Assembly (NCBI GenBank): GCA_964386435.1
Contig: CAYLSV010000002.1
Coordinates: forward strand, 21,303 to 85,302
Direction of reading: 5' to 3'
Source: an uncultured Tepidisphaerales bacterium
Lineage (GTDB): Bacteria > Planctomycetota > Phycisphaerae > Tepidisphaerales > Tepidisphaeraceae
DNA: 64,000 bases
The notes under the pieces were generated by a model, which was given only the letters and a program-made list of their open reading frames with translations, made no database searches and was not told the DNA's origin. The translations under genes and the position numbers were made by a program. Below, piece after piece: positions 42,938-56,400 of the stretch. Position 1 is the first letter of the stretch; the number at the start of each line of letters is the position of its first letter.

Positions 42938-44199
42938 AGCACGCTCTCGGACGGGTTCACGAAAACGGACTCCAGTAGATCTGCAGCCCGCCGTGTGCCG
43001 GGGGTTCCGTCGAAATTCCCGGCGATCTTCTTGCACGCGGTTCTTACGGCCGGGTCGCTGGTGAGGCGGGTGAGCTTCTTCGCCAGCGGCTTCGGCTTGA
43101 ACCGGCGGACCGAGAGCTCGTCGCCCACGCCCAGCCGCTTGGCGCGGGCGGCGTTGTCGAACTGGTCGTGGGCCATGGGCATGACCAGCTGCGGCACGCC
43201 GGCGGCGAGGGCTTGGCTCATCGTGCCCACGCCACCGTGGAAGACGAGCGCGCTGCACCGCGGCAGCAGCTTGCCGAATGGGGCGTAGGGGACGTGGATC
43301 ACGCCCGGTGGCAAGTCGCCCGGCACGTTCTCGGCGTGCCGCGTCAGCAGCAGGCCCCGCAGCCCAGCCCGGCGACACGCCTCGGCCGCGGCGGTGAAAA
43401 ATCGCCGGCCGAACAACATCGCGCTGCCCGGCGTGAACGCCACCGGCGGGTCGCCGTCATCGAGGAACTTCACCAATTCGTCCGGCAACGGCGTCACGTC
43501 ACTCTCGTCGTACATCGGGAAGCCCGCCAGCCGCGCCTGAGCCGGCCAGTCGTCCTGCCGCGGGGCGAACCACTCGGGCCAGAAGCCGATCGTCAGCCCG
43601 GGGGCGTGGATGTGCTCCCGCATGATCTTGTCGACCGCCGGCAAGCCGAGCGTCGCGCGGAAGGCGTTCAGCCGCGGGGCGATCATCGGGTCCAGCACGT
43701 ACCGATCGGCCCCGTCGTACACCCGCTCCAGCACGAACGGCGGCAGCTTCGTTACCACCCGCGGCACGCCGGGCAACACCGGCATCGCCGTGGTGCTGTA
43801 GAACACGATCGGCTGAAGGTGCACGCTGGCCCACCGCAGCCCCTTGACCTCCGCCACCGCCCGCGCCGCCAGCGAGAGCGTCGAGCCGACGACGATCGTG
43901 TCGTGACTGGCGTGCCGAAACAGCGTGCGGTAGCTGGCCTCGGTGACGTCGAGCACGCCGTTCCAGATCGTCGGTGCCCCGCGGCGGGGGTGCCAGACGT
44001 CGGGGTTGCTCGCCATCCGCTTGAACTCGCCCGGCTCGCCGAGGCCGATGGCCGCCAGCCCCGTCGACTCGATGAGCGATACGAACTCCGCACTCGCCGC
44101 AACCGCCACATCGTGGCCGCGAGACCGCAACACCTGCCCCAGCCCGATGAACGGGTGAACGTCGCCGTGAGACCCAAACGCCGAGAGCAAAAACCGCAC
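42934..44199 (-). CDS. Family 1 glycosyltransferase (UDP-glycosyltransferase/MGT-like)
   Basis: N-terminal FGSHGDVHPFIGLG (GT28/MGT type). C-terminal HGGVGTMSQALAAGVPQLVMPMAHDQFDNA sugar-nucleotide motif. Confidence 0.85.
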   Translation of the reverse strand: MRFLLSAFGSHGDVHPFIGLGQVLRSRGHDVAVAASAEFVSLIESTGLAAIGLGEPGEFKRMASNPDVWHPRRGAPTIWNGVLDVTEASYRTLFRHASHDTIVVGSTLSLAARAVAEVKGLRWASVHLQPIVFYSTTAMPVLPGVPRVVTKLPPFVLERVYDGADRYVLDPMIAPRLNAFRATLGLPAVDKIMREHIHAPGLTIGFWPEWFAPRQDDWPAQARLAGFPMYDESDVTPLPDELVKFLDDGDPPVAFTPGSAMLFGRRFFTAAAEACRRAGLRGLLLTRHAENVPGDLPPGVIHVPYAPFGKLLPRCSALVFHGGVGTMSQALAAGVPQLVMPMAHDQFDNAARAKRLGVGDELSVRRFKPKPLAKKLTRLTSDPAVRTACKKIAGNFDGTPGTRRAADLLESVFVNPSESVL

Positions 44200-44459
44200 G
44201 CGGCGAGCGTAGGTGGATCAAAAGGTGCAACGAGGTTCGGCACAACGCCTGAAGTCGCACCCACAAGGCGTCGCAACCCCCGGGGCAACGCTTCTCATGA
44301 ATGTATTGAAAAATCTTTGTTTGTCTTCTCGCTCTTCCCCCGATTCTGGTAGGGTGCCGCCGACGCGGGTTGTAGAGGCCGCAGCAGTTTCGGGACCGCC
44401 TGCAGTTCTGCGGTCAAGTGGTGGTGAATTTCGTTAGCAGACTCAAACCAGAACATCCG

Positions 44460-47400
44460 ATGCCCCAGTCGAGCCACGTCGCCGGTCCGTTCGTTCACGC
44501 GTCCGACGCCAACGCGATCAACGCGTGGCACCACAGCCGGGGCCGACGAGCTTTGGCACGGGCGGCGGATCGGGCCGCGGCGGAGGTGGTCGACAAGCTC
44601 GAACCGCGGCGGTTGCTGGCGGCGCTGTCGGTAAACGACGTGGACGTTCGCGAGGAAGCCGGCAACTCGACGGCCACGTTCACCGTCACCCTCGACGAGC
44701 CGGCGAGCACATCCGTCACCGTCGACTTCGAAGCCGTGCAGTCCGACGTGCAGGCGTTCGGCAACAGCGGCACCGCCAACCCGACCGTCGGCCCGATCGG
44801 GGCGCAGCGGAACGTCGACTTCCAAGCCACCAGCGGCACCCTCACCTTCACGCCGGGGCAGACGAGCAAGACGGTCAACGTCACCGTGCTGCCCGACAAC
44901 GTGCGGGAGACGGACGAGTACTTCGAGCTCACGCTCCGCAACGCCCAGGGTGCCGAGTTGGCCGATTCGCGGGGGCAGGCGATGATCGCGCTGAACGACC
45001 TCGGCCCGTCGCTGGGCGGGTTGATGGGCGTCGAGGCGGCGGGGCTGAAGCAGGCGGTGGGCGAGGTGTTCGAGCGGGTCCGCGGGGGCGTGCTGGAGTC
45101 GGTCGTCGAGCTCGACGTGCCGCTGATCGGCGAGGCGCTGGACCGCTACATCCAGCCGCTCATCGAGCAGCTCAACCGCTGGGAAACCGACCTCGGCCGG
45201 GAGATCGACCGCATTGTCGGCGAACTCTTCGGCGGCACCGACGACTACGAGGCGATTTCGCAACTCCGCGACGCGTTGTTCATCGCGTTCGGGCCGAGCG
45301 GGCTGAACGTCCTGGTGGATGGCATCGACCCCGGCAACGGCATCACGGCCAGCGACGTCACGCTCACCTACGCCGAGGGCGGCAACGACACGCAGTATTT
45401 GCAGTACGATTTTCATCTGGGGCAGAGCGCGGTGACGGACATCGCGTTCGACATCCCGGACATCGAGGGACTGCCGCCGTTCCTGAACTTCAGCCTCGAC
45501 GCTGATGAGGGGCTGCGGCTTTCGTATCGGTGGGACGTGCGGCTGGGCTTTGGCATCAGCAACGCTTATTCGCCAAATTTGCCGGGCTTTATCAACATTC
45601 CCAAGCCGTACCTGAACACCGGGCCGGCGGCGAACGACGTGGGCGGCGACCGACAGAAGGTACCGGAGTTCGTGGCCCAGATCGTCGCCGAAAGCGCCCC
45701 GCCCAAGGACGGCGACAACATCCCGCTCGACGGCGACTTCGGCTTTGGCGGCAGCGTCAACATCGGCTTGCTCTCGGCCAACGCCAAGGACGGCACCGTC
45801 CGCGGCGTCACGCTCAGCGCCCCGAACAAACGCTCGGCCACCGGCGACGGCACGTTCTGGCTGCAGCTCGGCCTTGACGGGCAGGCCGACGAGGTGATTC
45901 AGATCGACGTCAACTCCGGTGCCGGCACCACCACGCCGCTGCTGCTGACGACGCTCAACGCGCAGCTGACGACCAAGCTCCAGCCGATCCTTTCCGGCAC
46001 GCTCTTCCCGCCGATCGAGGCCCAAGCCGACCTGTCGCAGCTGGGAAACCTTGGCGACCCGAACGCGACGCTGCCGGGCATCAACCTTGTCTCACGTGAC
46101 GCGCGGATCACGTCAATGACCGTCTTCGGCGGCGAGGAGTTCGGCTTCGGCGCCGACGACTCGATTCAAATGCCCAGCGGTGTGCCGGTTGGCGCCGGTG
46201 CCCAAACCGACGACCGCCGCGGCCGGACGCTGGGCTTCCGATCGAACCAGTCGAGCACTTCCAGCGGCGGCCGGCAGGTGCTTCGCGGCGTGCTCGAAGG
46301 CCCGTCGGACGGGCGGCTGATGACCAACACCGAATTCACCCTCGCCGTCGGCAGCGGCACTGGTGCGACGCCGGTGTACGTCAGGCTCAGCCAAGGCGAA
46401 GCCGCCGGCGTGAGCGGGCTGGCCGACGAGGACGTGAATGTGAACGCGGGCGAGCGCAGTCTGGAGGGCGAGGTCCGCCGCGCGCTCCGGTTGGCGTTGC
46501 AGTCGCAGGGCTTGAGCACCAACTTGGTTGAGGTGGACGTGGAGGATGGCCGGTTCGTGTTCCGCAGCAGCCAGCAGATGAGCATTCGCTACCAGACGCT
46601 CGAGCGGTCGCGGGCCGAGGCGCGGGTGACGGTTGACATCGGCAACCGTGACTTCACCAACGTGGTGGCAAGCGACCAGACGACGTTCGACCGCATCGTC
46701 GTCGGCCGCGGCGTGGCGGGCGGCTTGCCGCAGTTGATCGACCCGATCGACTTCAACATCGAAGCCATCGCCGAGGCAAAGCTGCGGCTGAACGTGCAGG
46801 CGGGCGTCAACGACTTTGGCGTGCAGGACGAGGTTGAGCAGAACCTGGGCGTCGTCGAGGGCGGGCTCGGCTTGCCGGAGGTCAGCTTCGACTTCAAGCT
46901 CGACGCGACCGCCAGTTTCGAGCGGGATGAGTCGGGCAGCCCGACGATTGTCAGCGACCTGTCCGATCTGCGGTTCGACTACGTGCAGCTGGACATCGGC
47001 GAGCTGTTCGACACGGTCGTCAAGCCGATCGTCAATACGGTCGGCACGATCATCGACCCGGTGGCGAGTTTGCTGGGCACCGGCTTCGACGCGGCGGAAG
47101 GCTTCATCACCCGGCCGGTGCCAATCCTGTCGGATTTGCAGGGCCAAGACATCTCGCTGCTGGACATCGCCGGCGGCGAGGAGGGGCTGGTCGGCCAGCT
47201 CATCACGGCGTTCGGCAGCGTGCTGGATCTGTCGCAGGGGCTGACCAAGTTCCTCCAGGAGTACAACGGCGAGCCGATCAACTTCGGCTGCTTCGTGTGG
47301 GACAAGCGGATCCGGAAGATTCTGCCGTGCGCGATCAGCGACACGCTCGGCAGCGTTGGCGGGTTGTCGCTGGCGGAGTTCAATGACAGCTTCGACACCA

Positions 47401-50400
47401 TCAGCTCCTCCGGCGGCGGGCTGAAGCTGGACATCCTCAACCCGACCGAGATCGGCAAGCTGCTCGTCGGCGACGACGCCAACCTCGTCAGCTTCACGCT
47501 GCCCAAGATCGACGGCGGCCTGGGGGCCGACTTCGGGTTCGACTTCGGGTTCATCGACTTCGAGCTCGCGGCCGGACTTGATCTGTACCTCGAGCTCGGC
47601 ATCGGTTATGACACCCGCGGGCTGCGGTCGATTGTCAACGCGCTGCGGAACGACGTCGCCCCCGACTGGGCCGATTTGCTCGACGGGCTCTATCTGAACA
47701 CGCGGCAGAGCGACAACCCGAGCAGCACCGACCCCAACATCGCCAACCCGCCCGAGGCGTTCGCGTCGGTGTTCGTCGACGGCGAGCTTGACGTGGACAT
47801 CGCCGTCGCCAGCGGCCGGGTGGCGGCGGGCCTGAACGGCTCGCTGGCGTTCAACCTGGTCGACCCGGACAACGACGGCAAGCTCCGCTGGCAGGAGATC
47901 GAAGACGCTACCGACGGCTTCGAGGACCTTTCCCGAATCCTCTCGCTGTTCGACATCGAGCTGGTGCTTGGCGGCGAGTTCGAGTTCGAGGTCGACATCC
48001 TGTTCGGCCTCGTCAGCTTCGACATCGAGGACTTCATTGACCCGCAGTTCGAGGTCAAGCTGACGCTCAACGAGTTGCTTAGCGTCTTCGGCCTCGACTA
48101 CACCGAGGCGGCCGTCGACACCACGCCGATCCTCGCCGAGACGACGACGATCGACGGCGACAACGTGCTGCGGCTCAACACCGGCCCCTACGCCGGCGAC
48201 CGCCGGTACGGCGACACGAACGACAGCGGCTTCGCCGTCGACGCCGACGGCTTCGTGATCAACGACGCGGCGGGCGACCCGATCGAGATCGACGGTGCCC
48301 GGTTCAGCGTCGACCACCTCAGCGGCAACCGCGTCCGCATCACCAACGACAAGACCGGCGACTCGCAAATCATCAGCACCGTTGGCATCGACTACATCCT
48401 GGCGACCGGGCTCGACGGCAACGATTCGTTCGACTTCGCCGGCGTGAACGTGCCGGTGGAAGTTCGCGGGGCCGGCGGGAACGACACGCTCGTTGGCGGC
48501 AACCGCGGTGACACGCTGCACGGCGACGCCGGCGACGACAGCCTCGTCGGCGGCGACGGCAACGACCGCCTCGTCACCGGCACCGGCACCGCCGTCGCCC
48601 GCGGCGGCTCGGGCGACGACGTGATCGACGCCAGCGCGTCGCGCAGCGCCACGATCTTCACCGACGCCGGCAACGACTCGGTGCTGGGCGGCAACGGGCC
48701 GGACGACATCCGCGCCGACGGCGGCCTTGGCAACAACACCATCCGCGGCGGCGGCGGCAGCGACACGCTCCTGGGCGGCGTCGGCGACGACCTGATCTTC
48801 GGCGGCGGCGGGGCCGACAACCTTTTTGGCGGCGAAGGTAACGACCGACTCCTGGGCGGCACCGGCGTCGACGTCATCAACGGCGGCGCGGGCGACGACT
48901 TGCTCGATGGCGGCCTGGGCAACGATGTGCTCCGCGGCCAGGACGACAACGACACCCTGCGCGGCGGCGACGGCCAAGACACGCTCGAGGGCGGCCGCAA
49001 CCTCGACCTCATGTTCGGCGGCGGCGGCAACGACGACATCACCAGCGACAACGCCGACCTCGCCGTCGAAGGCGGCTTCGGCGACGACCAGCTGTCCATC
49101 GTCTTCGTCACCGGCACCGCCGTTAACGCCACCTTCGCGGCCGGCCGTTACAGCGACGGCAATGCCACCACCCGCATCAACGGCTTCGACGGCGGCGTCG
49201 TCACCGCCCGCATGAGCAACCAGGCCGACCGCGTCACCGTCGACGGCACCGACTACGCGCTGGACCTTGAACTGCTCGACGGCAACGACGAGTTCATCCT
49301 GCTCAACGCTCTCAAGGACGTCACCGTCGACGGCGGCGACCCCGGCCCGACCGATGTCGGCCAGGACAAGGTCACCATCGACTACTCCGCAAGCGACGTC
49401 TCCCGCGAAGTCACGCTCGACGGCCGATCCATTCTGCTCGACGACGGCAACACGTTCACCGTCGACAACTTCGAACTCGTCGACATTCTCTTCGGCGACG
49501 GCGACGACATCGCGACGCTGAACAACACCGACGGCTACCGCACAAACATTGTCGGCGGGCACGGCAACGACGTGGCACGCGTGGCCGACCTCGGCGGTCG
49601 AATCGACTTCTTCGGCGGCTTCCTTGGGGCCCGCGACGACGACGGGCAGGACGAACTGGTGCTCGAACTGGTCGGCAGCCCGAGCGACTACTTCAACGGC
49701 AGCATCAGCCGGTTCGCCGAGCTCAATGCCGCGGTCGAGACGGTGCAGATCGATGCCTCGGCCACCCGCGCCTCGGCGTCGACGGCGTGGACAGTCAGCG
49801 AAGACGGCATCATCGCCGTCGGCGGGCAGACGCTGTTCACGAACGTCGGGGCCGACACGATCCGCGTGATCGACGACGCGGCGGGCAACGACTCGCTGGG
49901 CGTCGTCGCGACGAGCGGCGTGGCGAAGAAGGTGATCATCGAAGACCAAAGGTTCGAGCTGCAGCGCAACCGCGCGGTGGCCCAGACGCTGGAGTTCACC
50001 GAGTCCGACGAGCAGCTGCAACTGGGAACGGCCAACATCCCGATCGGGGCCGACGTGCTGCACAGCCCCGACGGCCGCCACGTTTACTTCATCGGCGATC
50101 GCGAGGGCGCCAGCACCGACGCCGAAATTTCGGTGTACGGCCGCGATGATGTGACCGGCGAGCTGTTCCCGCTGCGAACCTACACCGAGTCGGGCCTGAA
50201 CATCAACACCGACAACGGCTACTTCGTGATGCACCCCGACGGCGACGCGATCGCCGTCGCCTCGGGCGATCGCATTCGCATCCTGCAGCGCGATAAGGCG
50301 ACGGGTGACTTGCGCCGCACCTCCAGCTTCATCCGAAGCGTCGATCGGTTTGATCGATCTCAGACCGTCGCGTGGTCACCCGACGGTCGATCCTTGTACG

Positions 50401-53400
50401 CGGCCAACAGCTCGGTAATCCACTTCAGCTACAACGCCGCCAACGGCACGCTCTCTGTTGAGCAGAACTTCACCGTCGCCTCCAGCAGCACCGGCAGCAG
50501 CCGTGCGCCGGCTACGTCGGTTTACGCCACGGAGAACGGGGCCGGCATCATCATCGCCACCACCGACCCCGGCCGCGGCTACCACTACTTCCAGGTCAAC
50601 CCAAGCACCAACGACGTCATCCCCGACTCAACCGCCAACGGGCGGTTTATCGCCCAGCAGGTTGTGCGTAACGCGTTCGACGCCGACCGCTTCACCCGTT
50701 TCACCGGCGGCGACGAGGGGCTTGGCAACGTCTACCTGATCGACTCGGGCGCGACGTCCTCGTCCAACCGCGACGTCCTCCGCTTCGTGCTCAACACCGA
50801 CAACTCCCTGCCGCTGTCGCTGGCCGACAGTTCGGGCTTCACACAGTTCGCCAACCTCTCGGACTCGCAGGGGCCGTTCGTCGTCGGGTCGCGGCTGGTG
50901 CTCCCGACCGAGCCGCCGGCGTCGAACAGCTCGGTCTTCTCCTTCGTGTTGCAGGCCGCCAATTTGGGCAGCACCAACGACTCCCTGCCGGGCCGCGGGG
51001 CGTCGCTGTCGGCCGAAGGCGATCAGGTCTACACCACCTTCGACCCCGGCGGTGCGCGACCTTCGGGTGGCGTGCTCAAAACCCGCTTCGGCATCTTCGG
51101 CCCGTCCGGGCCGAGCGAGGAACTCTTTGTCGACGAGGGCGACGTCACCATCCCGGTCAGCACGTTCGAATCACTCGTCATCTCCGAAGACGGCACGCGG
51201 GCCTACGCCATCTCCAAGGTTTCCGGCTCGCTGCTGGCTTACGACCGCAACCCGAGCACGCAACTGCTGCGGTACACCGGCCACTTCGCCACCCGCCCGG
51301 CCGACGCGGGGCTCAACGGCGTCTCGCAGATCATCGACATCGACGCCGACAACGGCTTCGTCGTCGTCAGTTCCTCCGTCGCCGACACGCTCACCGCCTA
51401 CAAGCACAACCCGTCGGCCGGCACCATCGACAAGATCGGCGAGCCCGTCGCCACCGGCCGGCCCATCGGCGAGCTGATCTGGAACGGCACCCAACTCTTC
51501 AACACGCAGTTCCTCGACCTCTTCGAGCGGTTCGATGTCAACGACGTCGACGGCGTGATCCGCCGCAGCGGCTTCGGCACCGCCTCCACCGAAAAGGCGT
51601 CGGCCGCGGCGCGGCTGGACGACATCTTCATCGTCGCCAACAACAACGAGCTCAACCCCGACAACACCGGCCGGCTCTTCGCCCTCGAGGGCGGCTTGAC
51701 CGTGAACCGGGTCGCGCCCGACAACACGCCGTACGACGATCTGCAGGCGCTGGTCGATGTCGACGGCCGGATCCTCGTGGTCGCTTCGTCGTCCCGGGCC
51801 GACCGGATCGACTTGTTCGAGTACAGCAACCGGAACTTCACGCTGCTGAGCACCGCGGTCAACGGCCAAGGCGGCGTGAGCGGGATCGCCCGCGTGCAAG
51901 ACGTGACGATCAGCAGCGACGCCCGGTTCATCGTGGCCACCAGCGGCGACAACGACACCGGGGCCGTGTTCGCTTTGGGCCGCGGCGGGCGGCTGACGTT
52001 CCTGCAACGCCTGGCCGACGGCGTCGGCGGGGCGGCGGGCATCGACGGCGCGACCGACCTCGTCGCCGACCCTATCACCGGCGGCTTCGTCGCCACCAGC
52101 CGGCCCGACAACCGCGGCCTCGGCGGACTCGCCCAGTTCGCGTTGCGCGAGTCGGGCGAGAGCGGCCTGATCCGCGAGATCATCTCGAACCTGCAGACCA
52201 AGGTCATCGACCTCGACATCTCCGGCCTCGTCGGCGCCGTGGGCAACCCGCGGCTCACGGTGGACATCGACACCGGCGGCTTGCTCAACCTGACGCAGCT
52301 CTCGCTCATCGCGCCCTCCGGCCAAACCGTGTTGCTGGGCGGTGGCAGTCATCGCGGCATGGACAATCTCACGATCACCGATGACGCCGCCCAATCCCTC
52401 AACGAAATCTCCGGCGACGGCGTGCTCACCGGCGAGGCCCGCCCGTTCGAGCCGTTGAGCGGGTTCACGGGCGAAGACCCTAACGGCCGCTGGCGATTGT
52501 CGGTCACGTCGTTCGGCTCGAACCTGGCGTTGAACGAGTTCAAGCTCGACCTCGACCCGCGCTTGGCGTCGATCGACGTGCCCGAGCAGATCTTCGACAA
52601 CCAGACGTCCACCAGCACCCTGCGGGTCCGCGAAACCAGCGGCGTGATCCGCGACATTGAGGTCGAGGTCGACATCCCGCACACGTTCGTCGGCGATTTG
52701 ACCGGCACGCTCATCGGCCCCGACGGGACACGGGTAACGCTGTTCGACCTCACGGGCGCCGGCCGCGGGCAGGGTGGGCTGCTGGGGGCGGTGCTCGACG
52801 ACGACGCCCAAGCAAGCGTACGCGACGTGGTCAGCGACCCGGATGGCTTGTTCCTGCCGACCGGCATCCTCGCCGATTTTCATGGCAAATCGGCCAACGG
52901 TACGTGGCGGCTGGAGGTCAGCGACCAGGCGAACCAGGACCAAGGCGAGATCCGCGACTGGTCGCTGGGCATCGAGACGACCGCCGGCAAGGCCCTGCGC
53001 ATCGAGGGCAGCGGCATCGAGGGCGGCCGTTACACCGGCGGCGACGCCAGCGACGAGGTCGTCGTGCGCGACGTCACCTTCCCCGGCACCACCGTCGTCG
53101 ACACCCGAGGCGGCACCGACCGCGTGACCATCGATGGCACCCGCGTCGGCTCGACGATCGATGTCAACCTCGGCAGCGGCGACGACGTTGCCGACGTCTT
53201 CAAGGCCGACGGCAACGTCAACCTGCGCGGCGACGGCGACAGCGACATTCTCAACCTGTGGGCCAGCGGCGCGACCAGCAACGTCCGCATCTTCGGCGGC
53301 AGCGGCAACGACGACGTTCGCGTCGATCTGCTCAACGCCCGCGGCAGCATGACCCTCGACGGCCAATCAGGCAGTGACAACCTCATCGCCAGCACGGACG

Positions 53401-56400
53401 GCAACCCCCTGATCAAAACCGGTCCCAGCAACGGCAACGGCACCATCACCTACGCCGGCCGCGGCTCGACGCAGTCGTACAGCGGTTTTGAGTTTGTCGG
53501 CGAAACGCGGCCGGCGGCCGTCGTCGTCAGCGCCAACCCGATCAGCGAGGGCGACGTCCTCAACCTCGCCGCCCAGGTCACGGGCTTGTCCGGCCGACAG
53601 GTCGAGCGGATCGATTGGGACCTTGACGGCGACGGCGTCTTCGGCGACGCCCGCGGCGACACGCCCCAGTTCACCTGGCCGCAGTTGCAATTGGTCAACA
53701 TCATCGACGACGGCATCTACCTGCCCACCGCTCGGGCCGAGCTCTCGGACGGCACCCTCGCCTACGGCTCGCAGGAGCTGCTGATCAGCGACACCGCCCC
53801 CACCCTCGGCATCGAGGGGCCGAGCAGCTTCGACCAGTTCACCACCCAGACCTTCACCTTCACCGCCGACGATCCCGGCGACGACGCGATCGATTCGTGG
53901 CGAATCTTCTGGGGCGACGGCACGTCCGACATCATCGAGGCCGAGTCGCCGACGCTGTCGCATCGCTTCCGATTCCCCGGCAACACGACCATCGTTGCCG
54001 AGGCGACAGACGCCGAGGAGTCGGTGGTGACCACGGAGTTCTTCAGCGTCAACGTTCGGAGTGCCGCTGCGCCGGTGCGTGCCGCGACGACCGTTCCCGA
54101 GATCTTCGAGGGCGACGCCGTCCCGATCGACCTCATCGCCACCGGCGGTGACGCGGCCCGGATCACGCAGACCATCATCGACTTCGACGACGGCCGCGAG
54201 CCGCAGGTGTTTGTTGGTGTGCCGGGGACGCAAACGGTCACGTACAACGAGGAGGGCATCTACGACGTCCGTGTGAGCTTCGTCGAGGGCGACGGCTCCA
54301 TCACCGAAGCCCAGCCGCTGCGGCTGCAGGTGCTCGAAAGCGTGCTGCAGATTACCGCTGAACTCGCCGGCCGACCCACCGGCTCGCTAGTCAGCATCAA
54401 CGAAGGTGACAGCGTCGAACTCATCGTCGAGGCCACGAAGCCGGGCGACGATCAGGTCAGCGAGTTCCGCATCGACTGGGGCGACGGCAGCCCGATCAAA
54501 GTCCTGCGGCCTGAGCCGGGCCGGGAGCTGGGCGCGGAGGTGTTGACCCACACCTACGCGGACAACAACACGTTTGCCGTCCGCGTCACCGTGGTGAGCG
54601 AAGACGAAACAGGCGAGGTCTTGGCCGGCCTCGTTGAGGTGGACGATGTCGCCCCCGTCGTCACCGCCGTCGGCGACGCCACGATCAATGAGGGCGTGCC
54701 TTACACGCTCACCGTCCGGCCCAGCGACCCCGGCGACCTCGTCACGCTCCTCGCCGTCGACTGGGGCGACGGCACGTTCGACACGATCCCCAACCCGTGG
54801 GGGCCGGGCAACTTCCAGGTCATCGACAACCCCGACGGCGAGGTCCGCCAGCTCCGCCACGTCTACCGCCAGGACGGCAACTACATGATCCGCGTCGCCG
54901 GCATCGCCGACGGCGTGCGGTCGGACTTCTCGACCCGCCCGATCGCCGTCACCGACGTCGCTCCCGAGCCGACCGTCCGCATCGTCGAGGATTTCGCGCC
55001 GGCCAGCGACACGAACCCGACGATCCCGATCAGCGAGGGCACGACCATCACCGCCGAAGTTTCCACCGGCGAGCAGGGTGATGACTCGTACAACACCATC
55101 CAGGTCGACTGGGGCGACGGCACCGTCGACACCGTGCCGATCGATCGCGAGCTGGATTTGTCGCTGCGGATCCGCGGCTCGCTGGTCACGCTGCTGGCCG
55201 AGGGCCGGGAGATTGGCATTCACCAGTTCGACGAGCCGATCGACGCCGCGGCCGTAGGCTTGGCGGCGGAGGACGGCTCGCTGCGGTTCGACGATTTGCG
55301 GATCATCGACCGCAACGGCACGCCGATCTACGCCGAGGACTTTGCAAACGGCCTGGGGCAGTTCACCGTCCGCAGCGGCAGCGCCTCAGCGACAAACAAC
55401 GCCCTCGTCACCGGCACCAACGCCGTGGCCACCACCGCGCCCGCCGCCCTCGCCGAGACGATCGGCACCGCGGTGCGCGTCGATCTGCAGCAGCTCGGAC
55501 CGGCTCTGACCGCCGACCTCATCTTCGCCCGCTACACCGGCTACCGCATCACCTGGGGCGACGGCGAGGTAACGACGGTTGAGTTCGGCGACAACCCGAC
55601 CATCGACGACCTGATCACCGACCACGTCTACGACGAGCCGGGCGATTATTTCCCGCGCGTCGACTTCCTCGGCGGCACCACCCCGTTCTTCCAGCAGCTC
55701 AAGGCCTTCGCCGCCGGCGAGACGCGGTACGGCGTGCTCATCGAGGAGCGGCTCGAGCCGGGGCAGTATCTGCAAGTCGATTGGGGCGACGGCGCGACCG
55801 AGCGGATCACGTTCGCCAACCAGCCCGACGACACGGGCGGCGACGACTTCGAGATCGACCACGTCTACGCCGGGCCGGGGCAGTTCCGGCCGACGTTCGT
55901 GCGGTTCACCCCCGACGCCAACGGCGAGCCGCAGCCGGGCGTCACCTTGTCCGACATCGTGCTCATCGGCGACCGCGGCATTATCGCCGACTTCTCAACC
56001 ACCGTCGACTTCGACGCGGCACTCGGGCAGCGTGGTTTGCTGATCTTCGACTACGCCGCCCAGGACGATTACAAGTTCGCCGGCGTGCTCGACACCGGCG
56101 GTCGACGGGAGTTCGTCATCGGCGAGATCAAGCCCGACGGCGACGACGCCGGCGGCGACCCGGACCTCACCATCTTCCGCCGCGACAACGCCCCGATCAC
56201 CCAGCGGCTGACCCACACCTACGCCGACAACGGTCCGGCGACACAGATCTCCGCCCGTGTGTTCGACGCCGGCACCAGCTACGCCACCGACGACAACGTG
56301 CCGATCCAGATCGTCAACGTCGCCCCCGCACCGACGATCGACGTCTTCAAGACGGTGCAGATCGATCAAACGTTCACGCTCAACATCACTGCCATCGACG

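Noticed and set aside
48470-49100. DNA-level tandem repeat or mobile element within the giant gene
   Set aside because: The periodicity is the 27-nt RTX nonapeptide (GGxGxDxLx) coding repeat. It is degenerate at the DNA level and in frame, so it is a protein repeat and not a genetic element.
46113-50234. 1,373-aa ORF (and 51171..53366, 731 aa) antisense to the giant gene
   Set aside because: These are shadow ORFs generated by GAC/GGC/GCC-rich RTX and Asp/Gly codons on the sense strand. The translations are V/A/D/G low-complexity with no domain signatures.
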